The translations under genes were made by a program, and so were the position numbers. The notes below the pieces were generated by a model. That model was not told where the DNA came from. It ran no database searches and saw nothing but the letters and a program-made list of their open reading frames with translations. From an uncultured Anaerolineaceae bacterium (lineage in GTDB: Bacteria; Chloroflexota; Anaerolineae; Anaerolineales; E44-bin32): DNA of 64,000 bases. The DNA lies in assembly GCA_964492745.1 (NCBI GenBank), contig CAZBLT010000003.1, positions 36,653-100,652 of the forward strand, written 5' to 3'. Positions 27,621-36,804 of the stretch are shown here, piece by piece. Each line of letters opens with the position of its first letter. Position 1 is the first letter of the stretch.

Positions 27621-28310
27621 CTAATAGAACGGCCAATTCTCTCCCTGATGGGAATAGATTTCCACTCGCGGCCGGCGGATGAACCTCCTTACGAGGAGCA
27701 TCCCGAACAGGAACCCCCCGATGTGCGCCCACCAGGCGATGCCGCTCATGAACTGGTTCGCGAGCAGACCGTTGGCCAATTGCGAGAAGAACCACATGCC
27801 CAGGTAGAAGAAAGCGGGAATATCCACGAACCAGGGGAGGAAGAAGAACGGTATGAAGGTCACCACCCGCGCAGCGGGGAAGAGGACAAAGTACGCTCCC
27901 AGCACCGCCGCCACCGCCCCGCTCGCGCCGACGGTCGGAACGCCCAGCTTCGGCGAGAAGAATACATGCGTCAGCGCCGCAGCCGTGCCTCCCAATAGGT
28001 AGAACACCATATAACGCAGATGCCCCATGCGGTCTTCGACATTGTCCCCGAAGATGTAGAGCGTCCACATGTTGCTGATCAGGTGGAACCAATTGCCGTG
28101 CATGAACATCGAGGTGAAGACCGTCAGCAGGCTCATCGGTCTGAGGAGTGAGAAGTCCGCGGGCACGAGCCCGAAGTAGCGTACGAGCAGATTGAAGCCG
28201 CGTTCGCTCAGCGAGGATTGCAGCAAGAACACCAGCGCGTTCAAGCCGATCAGGATGTAGTTCACGACCGGCAGCGATCGCGAACGGATCGTATCCCGCA
28301 GTGGAAACAT
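27621..28310 (-). CDS. Rhomboid-family intramembrane serine protease
   Basis: Multi-pass TM protein with catalytic GASGAVAAVLGAY and HIGGFLFG motifs. ATG 28310 has GGGAG 5 nt upstream. Confidence 0.9.
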   Translation of the reverse strand: MFPLRDTIRSRSLPVVNYILIGLNALVFLLQSSLSERGFNLLVRYFGLVPADFSLLRPMSLLTVFTSMFMHGNWFHLISNMWTLYIFGDNVEDRMGHLRYMVFYLLGGTAAALTHVFFSPKLGVPTVGASGAVAAVLGAYFVLFPAARVVTFIPFFFLPWFVDIPAFFYLGMWFFSQLANGLLANQFMSGIAWWAHIGGFLFGMLLVRRFIRRPRVEIYSHQGENWPFY

Positions 28311-28330
28311 GGAATCTCCCGGCGCGGTTT

Positions 28331-28366
28331 CGAGAAATACAATGGGCGGCTTACGCCGCCCATTGT
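28331..28366 (-). terminator. Terminator/attenuator hairpin after hsp20, only about 20 nt before the rhomboid start
   Basis: Minus strand reads ACAATGGGCGGC-gtaa-GCCGCCCATTGT (perfect 12-bp stem) followed by ATTTCTCG. Confidence 0.6.
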
Positions 28367-28398
28367 ACCTCAGAGATCGTTTCAAGCCTTGGCGCGGT

Positions 28399-28794
28399 TC
28401 AGCGGACTGAGATCTCGATCCGCTTCGGCCTGGCCTCCTCGACCTTCGGAATGCGCACTCGCAGCACGCCGTTCTCGATCTCGGCCTCTACCTTCTCAGC
28501 CTCTACCGGGTCCGGAAGCCGCAGGCGCCGGGAGAAGGAAAGCGGGCAGCGCTCACGTAGCAAGAGACCCGGCTCTTCCTCGGTCATCTCCACCTCGGCC
28601 CTCAGCGTGACCTCATTATCCAGTATCTCGACTTTCAGATCCTCCGCTTTCAGACCAGGGACATCGGCGAGGATCACATAGGCATCATCCTCCACGCGAA
28701 CATCCACGGGAAGCCGCCTCCCGCCATTGAAGGCCACGCGCTCTGCGCGCCGCAGGCCTCGGTAGCCGGCCGGTGCAATGTAGTAGCGAACCAT
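28399..28794 (-). CDS. Hsp20/alpha-crystallin family small heat-shock protein
   Basis: 131 aa. The alpha-crystallin pattern is present (YVILADVPGLKAEDLKVEILDNEVTLRAE...GVLRVRIPK). GGAGG lies 9 nt upstream. Confidence 0.9.
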   Translation of the reverse strand: MVRYYIAPAGYRGLRRAERVAFNGGRRLPVDVRVEDDAYVILADVPGLKAEDLKVEILDNEVTLRAEVEMTEEEPGLLLRERCPLSFSRRLRLPDPVEAEKVEAEIENGVLRVRIPKVEEARPKRIEISVR

Positions 28795-28806
28795 TCTGAT
28801 GAACCT

Positions 28807-28917
28807 CCGTTAACGCAACTTGGTTGCCTCGAATGCCCACATGCTATCCGCCCCGCATTAGAGTTTAGAAAATCGGATATACGAAATCCATTAACTAGGT
28901 TGCCAACCTTCCGTTAA
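28807..28917. promoter_or_regulatory. Repeated/palindromic operator-like motifs in the hsp20-clpB divergent region
   Basis: The 7-mers CCGTTAA (28807-13 and 28911-17) and GGTTGCC (28822-28 and 28898-904) each occur twice. The nested palindrome TTAAC-ta-GGTTG-c-CAACC-ttcc-GTTAA spans 28891-28917. Confidence 0.4.
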
Positions 28918-29027
28918 TAGGCTTCCTACATGGCTCCAACATGCCCCCTCTACAATGACTGCGATGCTCATGCATCCGGGGCCGGCTACCGCGCCCCAGA
29001 AAACACCCTAAACAGGAGAAGGTAGAG

Positions 29028-31634
29028 ATGAATCTGGAACGGTATACCCAGAAGGCGCAGGAAGCGCTGCTGGATGCACAATCGCTGGCGCAGGGTCACC
29101 AGCACCCCGCGATCGAACCCTTGCACCTTATGCTTGCGCTCGTCCGGCAACAGGACGGGATCGTCCCGGCGATCGTCAGCCGCATCGCCGGCAGCCCGGC
29201 GATGCTGCGCGCCGATCTCGAGAAGGAGGTCGCAGCCCGGCCGAAGATGTATGGTGGTGCCGGGCAACCTGGCCTTTCGCGGCAGCTCGCGGACGTGCTC
29301 CAGGACGCTGAGACTCGCGCCGCCAACATGAAAGACGAATATGTCTCGACCGAGCATCTACTGCTCGCTCTGGCCTCCGGCCCGGAGGCCCAGCGCTTGA
29401 AGTCCTTCGGCATTACACCGGAGAAGATCCTCGATGTCCTGACAGAAATCAGGGGCTCGCAACGGGTTGTGAGCCCAACGCCGGAGGATACCTTCCAGGC
29501 CCTCGAAAAATTCGGACGGGATCTTACCCAGCTCGCCCGCCAGGGGAAATTGGACCCCGTGATCGGGCGCGATGAAGAGATCCGCCGTGTTATCCAGGTG
29601 ATCTCGCGACGCACCAAGAACAACCCCGCACTCATCGGAGAGCCCGGTGTGGGCAAGACCGCCATTGTTGAAGGCCTCGCTCAGCGCATTGTCAATGGCG
29701 ATGTGCCCGAAGGTCTTAAGAACAAACGCATCGTGCAACTCGACATCGGGGCCCTGGTGGCCGGCTCCAAGTACCGGGGCGAGTTCGAGGAGCGTCTTAA
29801 GGCGGTGCTCAAGGAAATCACCGACTCGGCGGGCGAGATCATCCTCTTCGTGGATGAGCTGCACACCGTCGTTGGAGCCGGCGCCGCAGAGGGCGCTATG
29901 GACGCCGGCAACATGCTCAAACCCATGTTGGCCCGGGGCGAGCTCCATATGATCGGCGCCACGACCCTGGATGAATACCGCAAGTACATCGAGAAGGATG
30001 CTGCGCTCGAACGCCGCTTCCAGCCGGTCTTCGTGGCCGAGCCGGGCGTTGAAGATACCATCAGCATCCTGCGTGGTCTCAAAGACCGCTACGAAGTCCA
30101 CCACGGCGTGCGCATTCAAGATAGCGCCGTGATCGCCGCAGCCACACTCTCTCACCGCTACATCACTGACCGCTTCCTCCCCGATAAGGCCATCGACCTG
30201 ATCGATGAGGCTGCCGCGCGCCTGCGGACCGAGATCGACTCAAAGCCTCAGGCGCTCGATGAGGTCGACCGCCAGATCATGCAGCTTGAAATTGAGCGCG
30301 AGGCCCTGAAGAAAGAGAAGGACAAGGCCTCCCGCGAGCGGCTGGAGCGCATTGAGCAGGAGTTGGCCGAACTCCGGGAGGAATCGTCCCGCCTGACCGC
30401 ACGCTGGCAGGCTGAGAAAGACGTCATCGCACAGATCCGGGCCACCAAGGAAGAGATCGAGAAAACCCGCCACCAGATCGAGCGGGCCGAGCGCGAGGCC
30501 GACCTCGAACAAGCCGCCCGCTTGCGCTACAGCACACTGCACGATCTCGAAGCGCAGCTCACAGAGCTTGAGCAGCGCCTGCGCGAGATTCAAGGAGACA
30601 GCCCGCTCCTGAAGGAGGAGGTGGATGCCGAAGATGTGGCCGCCGTCGTCTCACGATGGACCGGCATCCCCGTCTCCAGATTGCTGGAAGGCGAGATGGA
30701 GAAGCTGCTCCGCATGGAGGAGCGCATTCACCAGCGCGTGGTTGGACAGGATGAGGCCGTTCAGGCCATCGCCAACGCGGTTCGCCGCTCGCGCTCCGGC
30801 TTGCAGGACCCCGATCGTCCGATTGGATCCTTCATCTTCCTGGGCCCCACCGGTGTTGGAAAAACCGAGCTGGCCCGAGCGCTGGCTGAGTTCCTCTTCG
30901 ACGATGAGCGGGCGCTGGTGCGCATCGACATGGGCGAATACCAGGAGAAGCACACCGTCTCCCGCTTGATCGGCGCTCCGCCGGGCTATGTGGGCTATGA
31001 GGAGGGCGGCCAGCTGACCGAAGCCGTGCGCCGCCGGCCTTATAGCGTGATCTTGCTGGATGAAATCGAGAAGGCTCATCCCGAAGTGTTCAATGTGCTG
31101 CTGCAGCTCCTGGACGACGGCAGGCTGACCGATGGCCAAGGTCGCACGGTCGACTTCCGGAATACGGTCGTGATTATGACCAGTAACCTTGGGACCGAAC
31201 TCTGGGACGACCCTGCCCGTTCGGCAGAGGCCACAGAGGAGGAAGTGCGTCAATTGCTCACACGCCACTTCCGCCCCGAGTTCCTCAACCGCATCGACGA
31301 GGTCATCATCTTCCACCGCCTGACCCGGCAGGACCTGCGCCAGATCGTCGACATCCAGCTTCGGCGTGTGCAGGCCAGACTGGAGGAGCAGGGGTATGCG
31401 ATGCAGGTGAGCGAGCAAGCCAAGGACTATCTTGCCGAAAAGGGCTACGACCCAGTTTACGGTGCGCGTCCGCTTAAGCGCACCATCCAGCGCGAGCTTC
31501 AAGATCCACTCGCTCTGAAGATCCTGGCTGGAGAATTCGCCCCTGGCGATACGATCTTCGTGGATCACGGATCCGAGGGCTTGGCCTTCTCGGCACAGCC
31601 TCAGGTGGAGACCGCCATGGGCGAAGCGGCCTGA
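29028..31634 (+). CDS. clpB: ATP-dependent chaperone/disaggregase ClpB
   Basis: Clp_N domain, NBD1 [15 protein letters not shown], a long coiled-coil middle domain, and NBD2 [25 protein letters not shown] precedes ATG 29028. Confidence 0.95.
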   Translation: MNLERYTQKAQEALLDAQSLAQGHQHPAIEPLHLMLALVRQQDGIVPAIVSRIAGSPAMLRADLEKEVAARPKMYGGAGQPGLSRQLADVLQDAETRAANMKDEYVSTEHLLLALASGPEAQRLKSFGITPEKILDVLTEIRGSQRVVSPTPEDTFQALEKFGRDLTQLARQGKLDPVIGRDEEIRRVIQVISRRTKNNPALIGEPGVGKTAIVEGLAQRIVNGDVPEGLKNKRIVQLDIGALVAGSKYRGEFEERLKAVLKEITDSAGEIILFVDELHTVVGAGAAEGAMDAGNMLKPMLARGELHMIGATTLDEYRKYIEKDAALERRFQPVFVAEPGVEDTISILRGLKDRYEVHHGVRIQDSAVIAAATLSHRYITDRFLPDKAIDLIDEAAARLRTEIDSKPQALDEVDRQIMQLEIEREALKKEKDKASRERLERIEQELAELREESSRLTARWQAEKDVIAQIRATKEEIEKTRHQIERAEREADLEQAARLRYSTLHDLEAQLTELEQRLREIQGDSPLLKEEVDAEDVAAVVSRWTGIPVSRLLEGEMEKLLRMEERIHQRVVGQDEAVQAIANAVRRSRSGLQDPDRPIGSFIFLGPTGVGKTELARALAEFLFDDERALVRIDMGEYQEKHTVSRLIGAPPGYVGYEEGGQLTEAVRRRPYSVILLDEIEKAHPEVFNVLLQLLDDGRLTDGQGRTVDFRNTVVIMTSNLGTELWDDPARSAEATEEEVRQLLTRHFRPEFLNRIDEVIIFHRLTRQDLRQIVDIQLRRVQARLEEQGYAMQVSEQAKDYLAEKGYDPVYGARPLKRTIQRELQDPLALKILAGEFAPGDTIFVDHGSEGLAFSAQPQVETAMGEAA

Positions 31635-31648
31635 CGTAGGATCGTTGC

Positions 31649-31690
31649 AGAGCCGCCCGGCGCTTGGGCGCATGGGCGGCTCTCTTCATT
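31649..31690 (+). terminator. Hairpin terminator after clpB
   Basis: AGAGCCGCCC-n15-GGGCGGCTCT is a 10-bp stem, followed by CTTCATT. It overlaps the stop of the convergent esterase gene. Confidence 0.55.
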
Positions 31691-32660
31691 CCTTTGCGCT
31701 TGGGATCCAATCCCTGGTAACGAAGCGAAGCATTTCTGGGAGAAGCGCCTTCCAGGTCGTACCATCATGCGTGCCGGGGACGACCGAGAAAGCATACTCA
31801 ACCCCCTCCTGGCGGAGAATGTCCCGTAACTGCTTCGCCCCCATAAGCGCCGAGTCCGAATCGCCAACGCCCAGGTAAATCCTTGGCGCAGTATCGTCCA
31901 ACCCCTCTGCCAGCCGAATTGGATCGTATGCTTCGCGTGCCTGGTTAAGGCTCAGCGCCGGGCTGAGCGCAGCCAGCGCGCCGAATGCACCCGGGTGCCG
32001 CAACCCTATCTCAAGCGCCCAAACCGCCCCGCGCGAAATACCTACCAGGGCGCGTCGCTCCCGGTCGGTGGATACCAAGTAGTCCGACTCCACAAAGGGA
32101 AGTAACGCCGCAAAGAATTCTTGCTCATACGAACCCGGACCACCATCCGTGCCCGAGAACAACGGCTCGGGCAGGTATGGCATGACCAGGATCAGCGGAG
32201 GAATGTTTCCTTCCTGAAGGCCTTCCTCTACCAGGTCGATGATCCCCAATAACTGCCAATGGCGCTCATCCTGAGGCTTGCCATGGAAGAGGAACAATAC
32301 CGGGTAGGGTTCTGCCCGCTCTGCGTAGCAGGGAGGTAGATAGAGATGGACCGGGATCCAGGCGCCCACGAGCCGGCTGTCGTAGCGCCTACGCTCCACC
32401 CGCCCACCGCGCTCATCGCACAAGGCGACACGGGGTCCTGGCAAGGATGTGGGGCCTGTGGCCTCCGGAGTGCCGGAGGGCAAAACGGTTGAAGGCAGCC
32501 CCGGGCTTGGGATTGCCGGGGGTGTCAAGCCGGGCATGCGCAGGCCTTCGGGGCTGGGCGTTCGGAGATCGCTCTGGAATCCAGCAACCGGAGTGCAGGC
32601 CCCCAGCAAGATCGCGCCCAGCAGGATCCCCGCCCATCCAAGTGTCCTTCGCATGGCCAT
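31686..32660 (-). CDS. Esterase-family alpha/beta hydrolase (putative-esterase/enterochelin-esterase-like), predicted lipoprotein
   Basis: YPVLFLFHGKPQDERHW, and a nucleophile-elbow-like VGISRGAVWAL. The signal peptide has the lipobox LLGAC when started at ATG 32660 or 32654. Confidence 0.7.
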   Translation of the reverse strand: MAMRRTLGWAGILLGAILLGACTPVAGFQSDLRTPSPEGLRMPGLTPPAIPSPGLPSTVLPSGTPEATGPTSLPGPRVALCDERGGRVERRRYDSRLVGAWIPVHLYLPPCYAERAEPYPVLFLFHGKPQDERHWQLLGIIDLVEEGLQEGNIPPLILVMPYLPEPLFSGTDGGPGSYEQEFFAALLPFVESDYLVSTDRERRALVGISRGAVWALEIGLRHPGAFGALAALSPALSLNQAREAYDPIRLAEGLDDTAPRIYLGVGDSDSALMGAKQLRDILRQEGVEYAFSVVPGTHDGTTWKALLPEMLRFVTRDWIPSAKE

Positions 32661-32805
32661 GTCCACCCTTCGGTATCCCCTGGCTCGGAGTAGCGATCTC
32701 CCCTTGTAGCCACCCCTCCTAATTGTCCCGAAGTCTAACACGAGTATCCCATCCGAAGGGGTCTTGCGCCCAACTCCGTCGCTGGCTGTACAATCATGGA
32801 CAGCG

Positions 32806-35193
32806 ATGGGCTCAACCCATTCCCTCCCTCGAGATCGAACTGTTGTGGGGCTTGCGCTGGTATCCGCGGCCAGCCTCGCCTATGAGGTTACCCTCACTCG
32901 CCTCTTCGCCATCCAGCAATTCCATCATTTTGCCTTTCTGGTTGTGAGCATGGCAGTGATGGGGTTTGCCGCCAGCGGCCTTGCTCTCTCGATTCGGCCA
33001 CATGGCCCGAAGCCCTGGAATCTGGCGCTGGCCTTCAGCTTCAGCGCCCTTGCTGCCTACACCGTTCTGCTCTACCTGCCCTTCGATTCGTACAGCGTTG
33101 CCTGGGACCGCCGGCAAGTGGTTATCCTGGGAATGTACTTTCTGACAGCGGGCGCCCCCTTTCTGTTCGCAGGATGGACCGCCGCGGCGGCGATGGCCGC
33201 GGCCGGGGAGAGGCTTCATCAACCCTATGCAGCCAATCTGATGGGTGCTGCTCTGGGTGGACCGCTGGCCCTTCTCGCCATGCAGATCCGAAGCGGTGAG
33301 GCGGCCTTTGGCCTGTCCATCGCCCTGGGCTTGGCAGGCACCGCGGCCTTTCTGCCGAGATCTCGCGCCCGTCTTGCGCATCTCGCTGGCGGCCTCATCC
33401 TGCTCACCTGCTTCGCCTTGCCTCTCAGGCCTCTCCAGTTCCGCCTCTCCCCTTACAAACCGCTGGAGATCGCCCACCTCGCACTCGGCGCCCGCCATAC
33501 CTTCACACGCTGGAGCGCCTCGACGCGGGTCGACGTCCTTGAGGGCCCCAGCATTCATATCTTCCCGGGCCTCAGCCTGCAGACGGGTTTGGAGCTGCCC
33601 GAACAGGCCGGGCTCTTTGTTGACGGCGACGGACCACTGCCCATAACCCGCGCGGCCCCCGAAGATCCCCGTACGGCTACATTAGCCGCGGCCATGCCGC
33701 CTCACATCGCCTACCAGCTCCGCCCCAACGGCCGGGCATTGATCCTCGATGCCGGAGCTGGGTTGGCCCCTTTGCTGGCGCTGACGAACCCGGGAATCGA
33801 GGTGCATCTTCCCGTGGAAGATCCCCTGATCCTGCACGTTCTTAAGGACCCTTATGCATCCTTCAGCGAAGATCTCGCCACCCACCCAAGGCTTCACTGG
33901 ATCCCGCGAGCCGCACGTGGCGTCTTGGCGCAGGCAGGAGAGCCATACCACCTGATTGAGTTTGCACTTAGCGATAGCTTCCGCCCGATTACTTCTGGCG
34001 CGTTCAGCCTGTCCGAGGACTATTTGCTGACCGTGGAAGCCTTCCAGGCAGCATGGCGGAGGCTCGATCCGGATGGGCTGTTGGTGATGACTCGCTGGAT
34101 CGGAACCCCTCCCAGCGAATCGGCCCGCGCCTGGGTCACGCTGATGACCGCCTTGCGGGCCGAGGGCATCGCAGAGTTTGAGGAGCATCTGATCGCCTTC
34201 AGGGGCATGCGGACAGTTACTATCCTGGCCGCGCGCCAGCCCTTCAATGATCAGGAGCTTGCGAGCGTGCGCGCCTTTCTTAGATCCGGCGGCTATGACG
34301 CGCTTGCATTGCCCGGCCTCCAGCCAGATGAAGTCAACCGCTTCAACATTCTCCCCGAGCCTGTCTACCACCGGCTATTCATGGCTCTGCTCGAGGATCC
34401 CGAGGCCACCATCACCGCCTATCCCTTCGACCTGCGTCCACCGTCTGATCTCCGGCCCTACTTCTTCCACTTTTTCCGCTGGGGCCAAACCCGCGAACTC
34501 CTTGCCCAACTCGGCACCCGGTGGCAGCCCTTCGGCGGCAGCGGATACCTGGTTCTCTTGGCATTGCTAGCGCTCATGGTCCTGGCAGCCGTTCCGATGG
34601 TCCTCATCCCCGCCGTGCTCCGCCGTCGCCGCGAGAGGCTGAGCCCTCCAGGCGTCATGCCTTTACTCTACTTCGCCGGGCTCGGCGCGGGATATTTGCT
34701 GATTGAGATTCCGCTCATCCAGATATCGACCCTGATTCTCGATCGCCCAGCCCTAGCCCTGGCCAACGTGCTCGTGGCGTTGCTGCTGGCCTCCGGCCTC
34801 GGCAGCCTGCTCTCCCCCCGCATCCGCCTTCAAAGGGCGCTTCCCTGTCTCTGCCTGCTCCTGTTTTCGACCATCGTGGCGGCAGGGCCGCTCAGCCGCG
34901 CTGTCCTCCCGGCCAGCCTGCCGGTTCGGTGGCTGCTCACATTCGCATGGATCTTGCCATTGGGTGTCCTGATGGGGATCCCCTTTGCGGCGGGTCTGCG
35001 AAAGCTGGAGGCCACCTCGCCCGGGTGGATCCCTTGGGCCTGGGCCATCAACGGATCCCTGTCGGGCATCAGTGGGGTGATCGCGGCGATTCTCGCAATA
35101 GCTTGGGGGTTCCGGGCAACGCTTGTCGCGGGCCTGGCAGCCTACCTACTGGCCTGGCTTTCTTCCGGCTTTCTACCTCACGCCCGGCATTGA
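32806..35193 (+). CDS. Polytopic membrane protein with a central spermidine-synthase-like (SAM-MTase fold) domain
   Basis: N- and C-terminal TM bundles (LAYEVTLTRLFAIQQFHHFAFLVVS). The central region ALILDAGAGLAP...LIEFALSDSF...LLTVEAFQAAWRRLDPDGLLVM resembles SpeE-like domains. Confidence 0.65.
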   Translation: MGSTHSLPRDRTVVGLALVSAASLAYEVTLTRLFAIQQFHHFAFLVVSMAVMGFAASGLALSIRPHGPKPWNLALAFSFSALAAYTVLLYLPFDSYSVAWDRRQVVILGMYFLTAGAPFLFAGWTAAAAMAAAGERLHQPYAANLMGAALGGPLALLAMQIRSGEAAFGLSIALGLAGTAAFLPRSRARLAHLAGGLILLTCFALPLRPLQFRLSPYKPLEIAHLALGARHTFTRWSASTRVDVLEGPSIHIFPGLSLQTGLELPEQAGLFVDGDGPLPITRAAPEDPRTATLAAAMPPHIAYQLRPNGRALILDAGAGLAPLLALTNPGIEVHLPVEDPLILHVLKDPYASFSEDLATHPRLHWIPRAARGVLAQAGEPYHLIEFALSDSFRPITSGAFSLSEDYLLTVEAFQAAWRRLDPDGLLVMTRWIGTPPSESARAWVTLMTALRAEGIAEFEEHLIAFRGMRTVTILAARQPFNDQELASVRAFLRSGGYDALALPGLQPDEVNRFNILPEPVYHRLFMALLEDPEATITAYPFDLRPPSDLRPYFFHFFRWGQTRELLAQLGTRWQPFGGSGYLVLLALLALMVLAAVPMVLIPAVLRRRRERLSPPGVMPLLYFAGLGAGYLLIEIPLIQISTLILDRPALALANVLVALLLASGLGSLLSPRIRLQRALPCLCLLLFSTIVAAGPLSRAVLPASLPVRWLLTFAWILPLGVLMGIPFAAGLRKLEATSPGWIPWAWAINGSLSGISGVIAAILAIAWGFRATLVAGLAAYLLAWLSSGFLPHARH

Positions 35194-35228
35194 CGACCAC
35201 ACCCGCCTTTCCTGGGTGGTCGTTTCGC
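35194..35228 (+). terminator. Imperfect hairpin terminator after the membrane protein gene
   Basis: CGACCACACCC...GGGTGGTCG (bulged stem) followed by TTTCGC. It lies between convergent genes. Confidence 0.4.
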
Positions 35229-35236
35229 TCACCTGC

Positions 35237-36004
35237 TCACCCGTTCGCTCGGGTCAGGGGGACAAAGCGCACCCCTCCGAGGCTTACGGATTGGAACTCA
35301 TCTTCGGAGAGTCTCGTGATCTTCCAGAGTTCCTGGATCCCACCTACAGGCCCGACAGGTATGACCATCGTTGCCCCCACCTTCAATTGTTCCAGCAGCG
35401 GCTGGGGCACATGGTCTGGAGCAGCCGTGACAATGATCCCATCGAAGGGTGCTTCCTCCGGCCATCCGAAATAGCCATCGGCGTTCCTAACTCGGATAAC
35501 CTCATAGCCCAGCGCCTTGAGGCGCCCCTCGGCTTGCCTGGCCAGGGGCTCGATGATCTCCATCGTGTAGACTTGAGCTCCCATCTCGGCCATAATCGCG
35601 GCCTGATAGCCCGATCCGGTGCCGATTTCCAACACTTTATCCCCGCTCCCAACCCCCAATTCCTGGCTCATCAGCGCAACGATATAGGGTTGCGAGATGG
35701 TCTGCCCATACCCAATCGGCAAGGGGTGGTTGTCATAGGCCTGCGAGAGATACGCTTCAGGCACGAAGGCGTGGCGGGGAACCCTTAGCATGGCCTCGAT
35801 CACCGCCTCGGATTCGATCCCATAGCCAACGATCCCCTGTTCGACCATGCGCGCACGGGCTTCGGCGAAGGGGTCGGCGGTCGGAGCGGCCTCCTCCGAG
35901 GCAGCTGGCCGGTCAACAGGCTCCCTCTCGGCAGGTAGCGCCGCCTTGCAGGAAGACAAGCCTATCAGACCCAGCAATAGAAGAAGGGCGGTCAGCCTGC
36001 GCAT
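35237..36004 (-). CDS. pcm: Protein-L-isoaspartate O-methyltransferase with an N-terminal lipoprotein-type signal peptide
   Basis: GYGQTISQPYIVALM and VLEIGTGSGYQAA (SAM motif I). The N-terminus is MRRLTALLLLLGLIGLSSC (lipobox). Confidence 0.9.
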   Translation of the reverse strand: MRRLTALLLLLGLIGLSSCKAALPAEREPVDRPAASEEAAPTADPFAEARARMVEQGIVGYGIESEAVIEAMLRVPRHAFVPEAYLSQAYDNHPLPIGYGQTISQPYIVALMSQELGVGSGDKVLEIGTGSGYQAAIMAEMGAQVYTMEIIEPLARQAEGRLKALGYEVIRVRNADGYFGWPEEAPFDGIIVTAAPDHVPQPLLEQLKVGATMVIPVGPVGGIQELWKITRLSEDEFQSVSLGGVRFVPLTRANG

Positions 36005-36116
36005 CGCATCAGCCTCCGCCCCTCATTGTAGCCCAGCTTGGCGAATCTATTCTCTGTTCGCCTGAATGTGCCTCCGCAAGCTATTGAAGCGCCAAAGGCA
36101 TTCCCCCTCATGGGGG

Positions 36117-36527
36117 TTAGCTCAGGGAAGGCTCCACCACCTGGGCATGGATGGCAAAGCTCGGGGGCCGTTCAAAGTGCTTCTTTACCGCGCAAAGCTC
36201 GGCTGCCCGGACCAATGCCTCCCGGTATTGCGGGGGGATATGCGGCGGAACCTGAATCTCCAGTTCGATCTCACGGACCATCCCACTGGAGGGATCGGCC
36301 GATACACGTTGGATCAAGCGCACGCCCTCGGTCGAGATCCCCCGTTGCCGTAGAAAACCCAGCACATAGATGCCTGCACAGGTCCCCACCGAAGCCAGGA
36401 ATGTGGCGAAGGGCGTGGGTGCGGATCCCTCGCCGCCCCCTATCGGCGGTTGATCGGTTTTGACAGTATAGGGGCCAAAGCGCGCGTCGACCCTGGCCCC
36501 GCCTGGGAAATGAATTTCCATCTCCAT
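36117..36527 (-). CDS. OsmC/Ohr-family peroxiredoxin-like protein
   Basis: PTPFATFLASVGTCAGIYV ... AELCAVKKHF carries the two conserved Cys contexts. ATG 36527 (MEMEIH) has a GGAGG upstream. Confidence 0.8.
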   Translation of the reverse strand: MEMEIHFPGGARVDARFGPYTVKTDQPPIGGGEGSAPTPFATFLASVGTCAGIYVLGFLRQRGISTEGVRLIQRVSADPSSGMVREIELEIQVPPHIPPQYREALVRAAELCAVKKHFERPPSFAIHAQVVEPSLS

Positions 36528-36743
36528 AGAATACGAACCTCCTGATTGGGTATTCTTGTTGGATGCCTTAGGGGCCAAAAGGTCACAATCTGCGCTCGAC
36601 GGAATTCCCGCAGGTTCCAAGACCATCCAAGGCTGTCCGCTCGCCTCAAACGCTTCCAGCACGCCTCGAGCTCGTCAATAAAGCTGGATATCCGCCGTTC
36701 ACCGAGAGCCAGGCCGCCCTCCCTAGCGACCTCTTCTTGCCAT

Positions 36744-36773
36744 GAAGACAAAGAGCGGCGCTGAGCGCCGCTC
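36744..36773 (-). terminator. Rho-independent terminator after the NfeD-FHA operon
   Basis: Minus strand reads GAGCGGCGC-tca-GCGCCGCTC (perfect 9-bp stem) followed by TTTGTCTTC. Confidence 0.7.
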
Positions 36774-36804
36774 CACGACGTGGGCAGGGCAGTCGGCCGA
36801 TGGC

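Noticed and set aside
30651-31673. 340-aa ORF antisense to clpB. Similar long antisense ORFs occur at 29358-30155, 6823-7605 (opposite dnaA), 1033-2121 (opposite the CNNM gene), 12618-13322 (opposite rpsA), 33682-34371 and 35123-35788
   Set aside because: All are nested in the opposite strand of genes with clear family motifs. They lack SD sequences and have low-complexity, Arg/Gly/Pro-rich translations.
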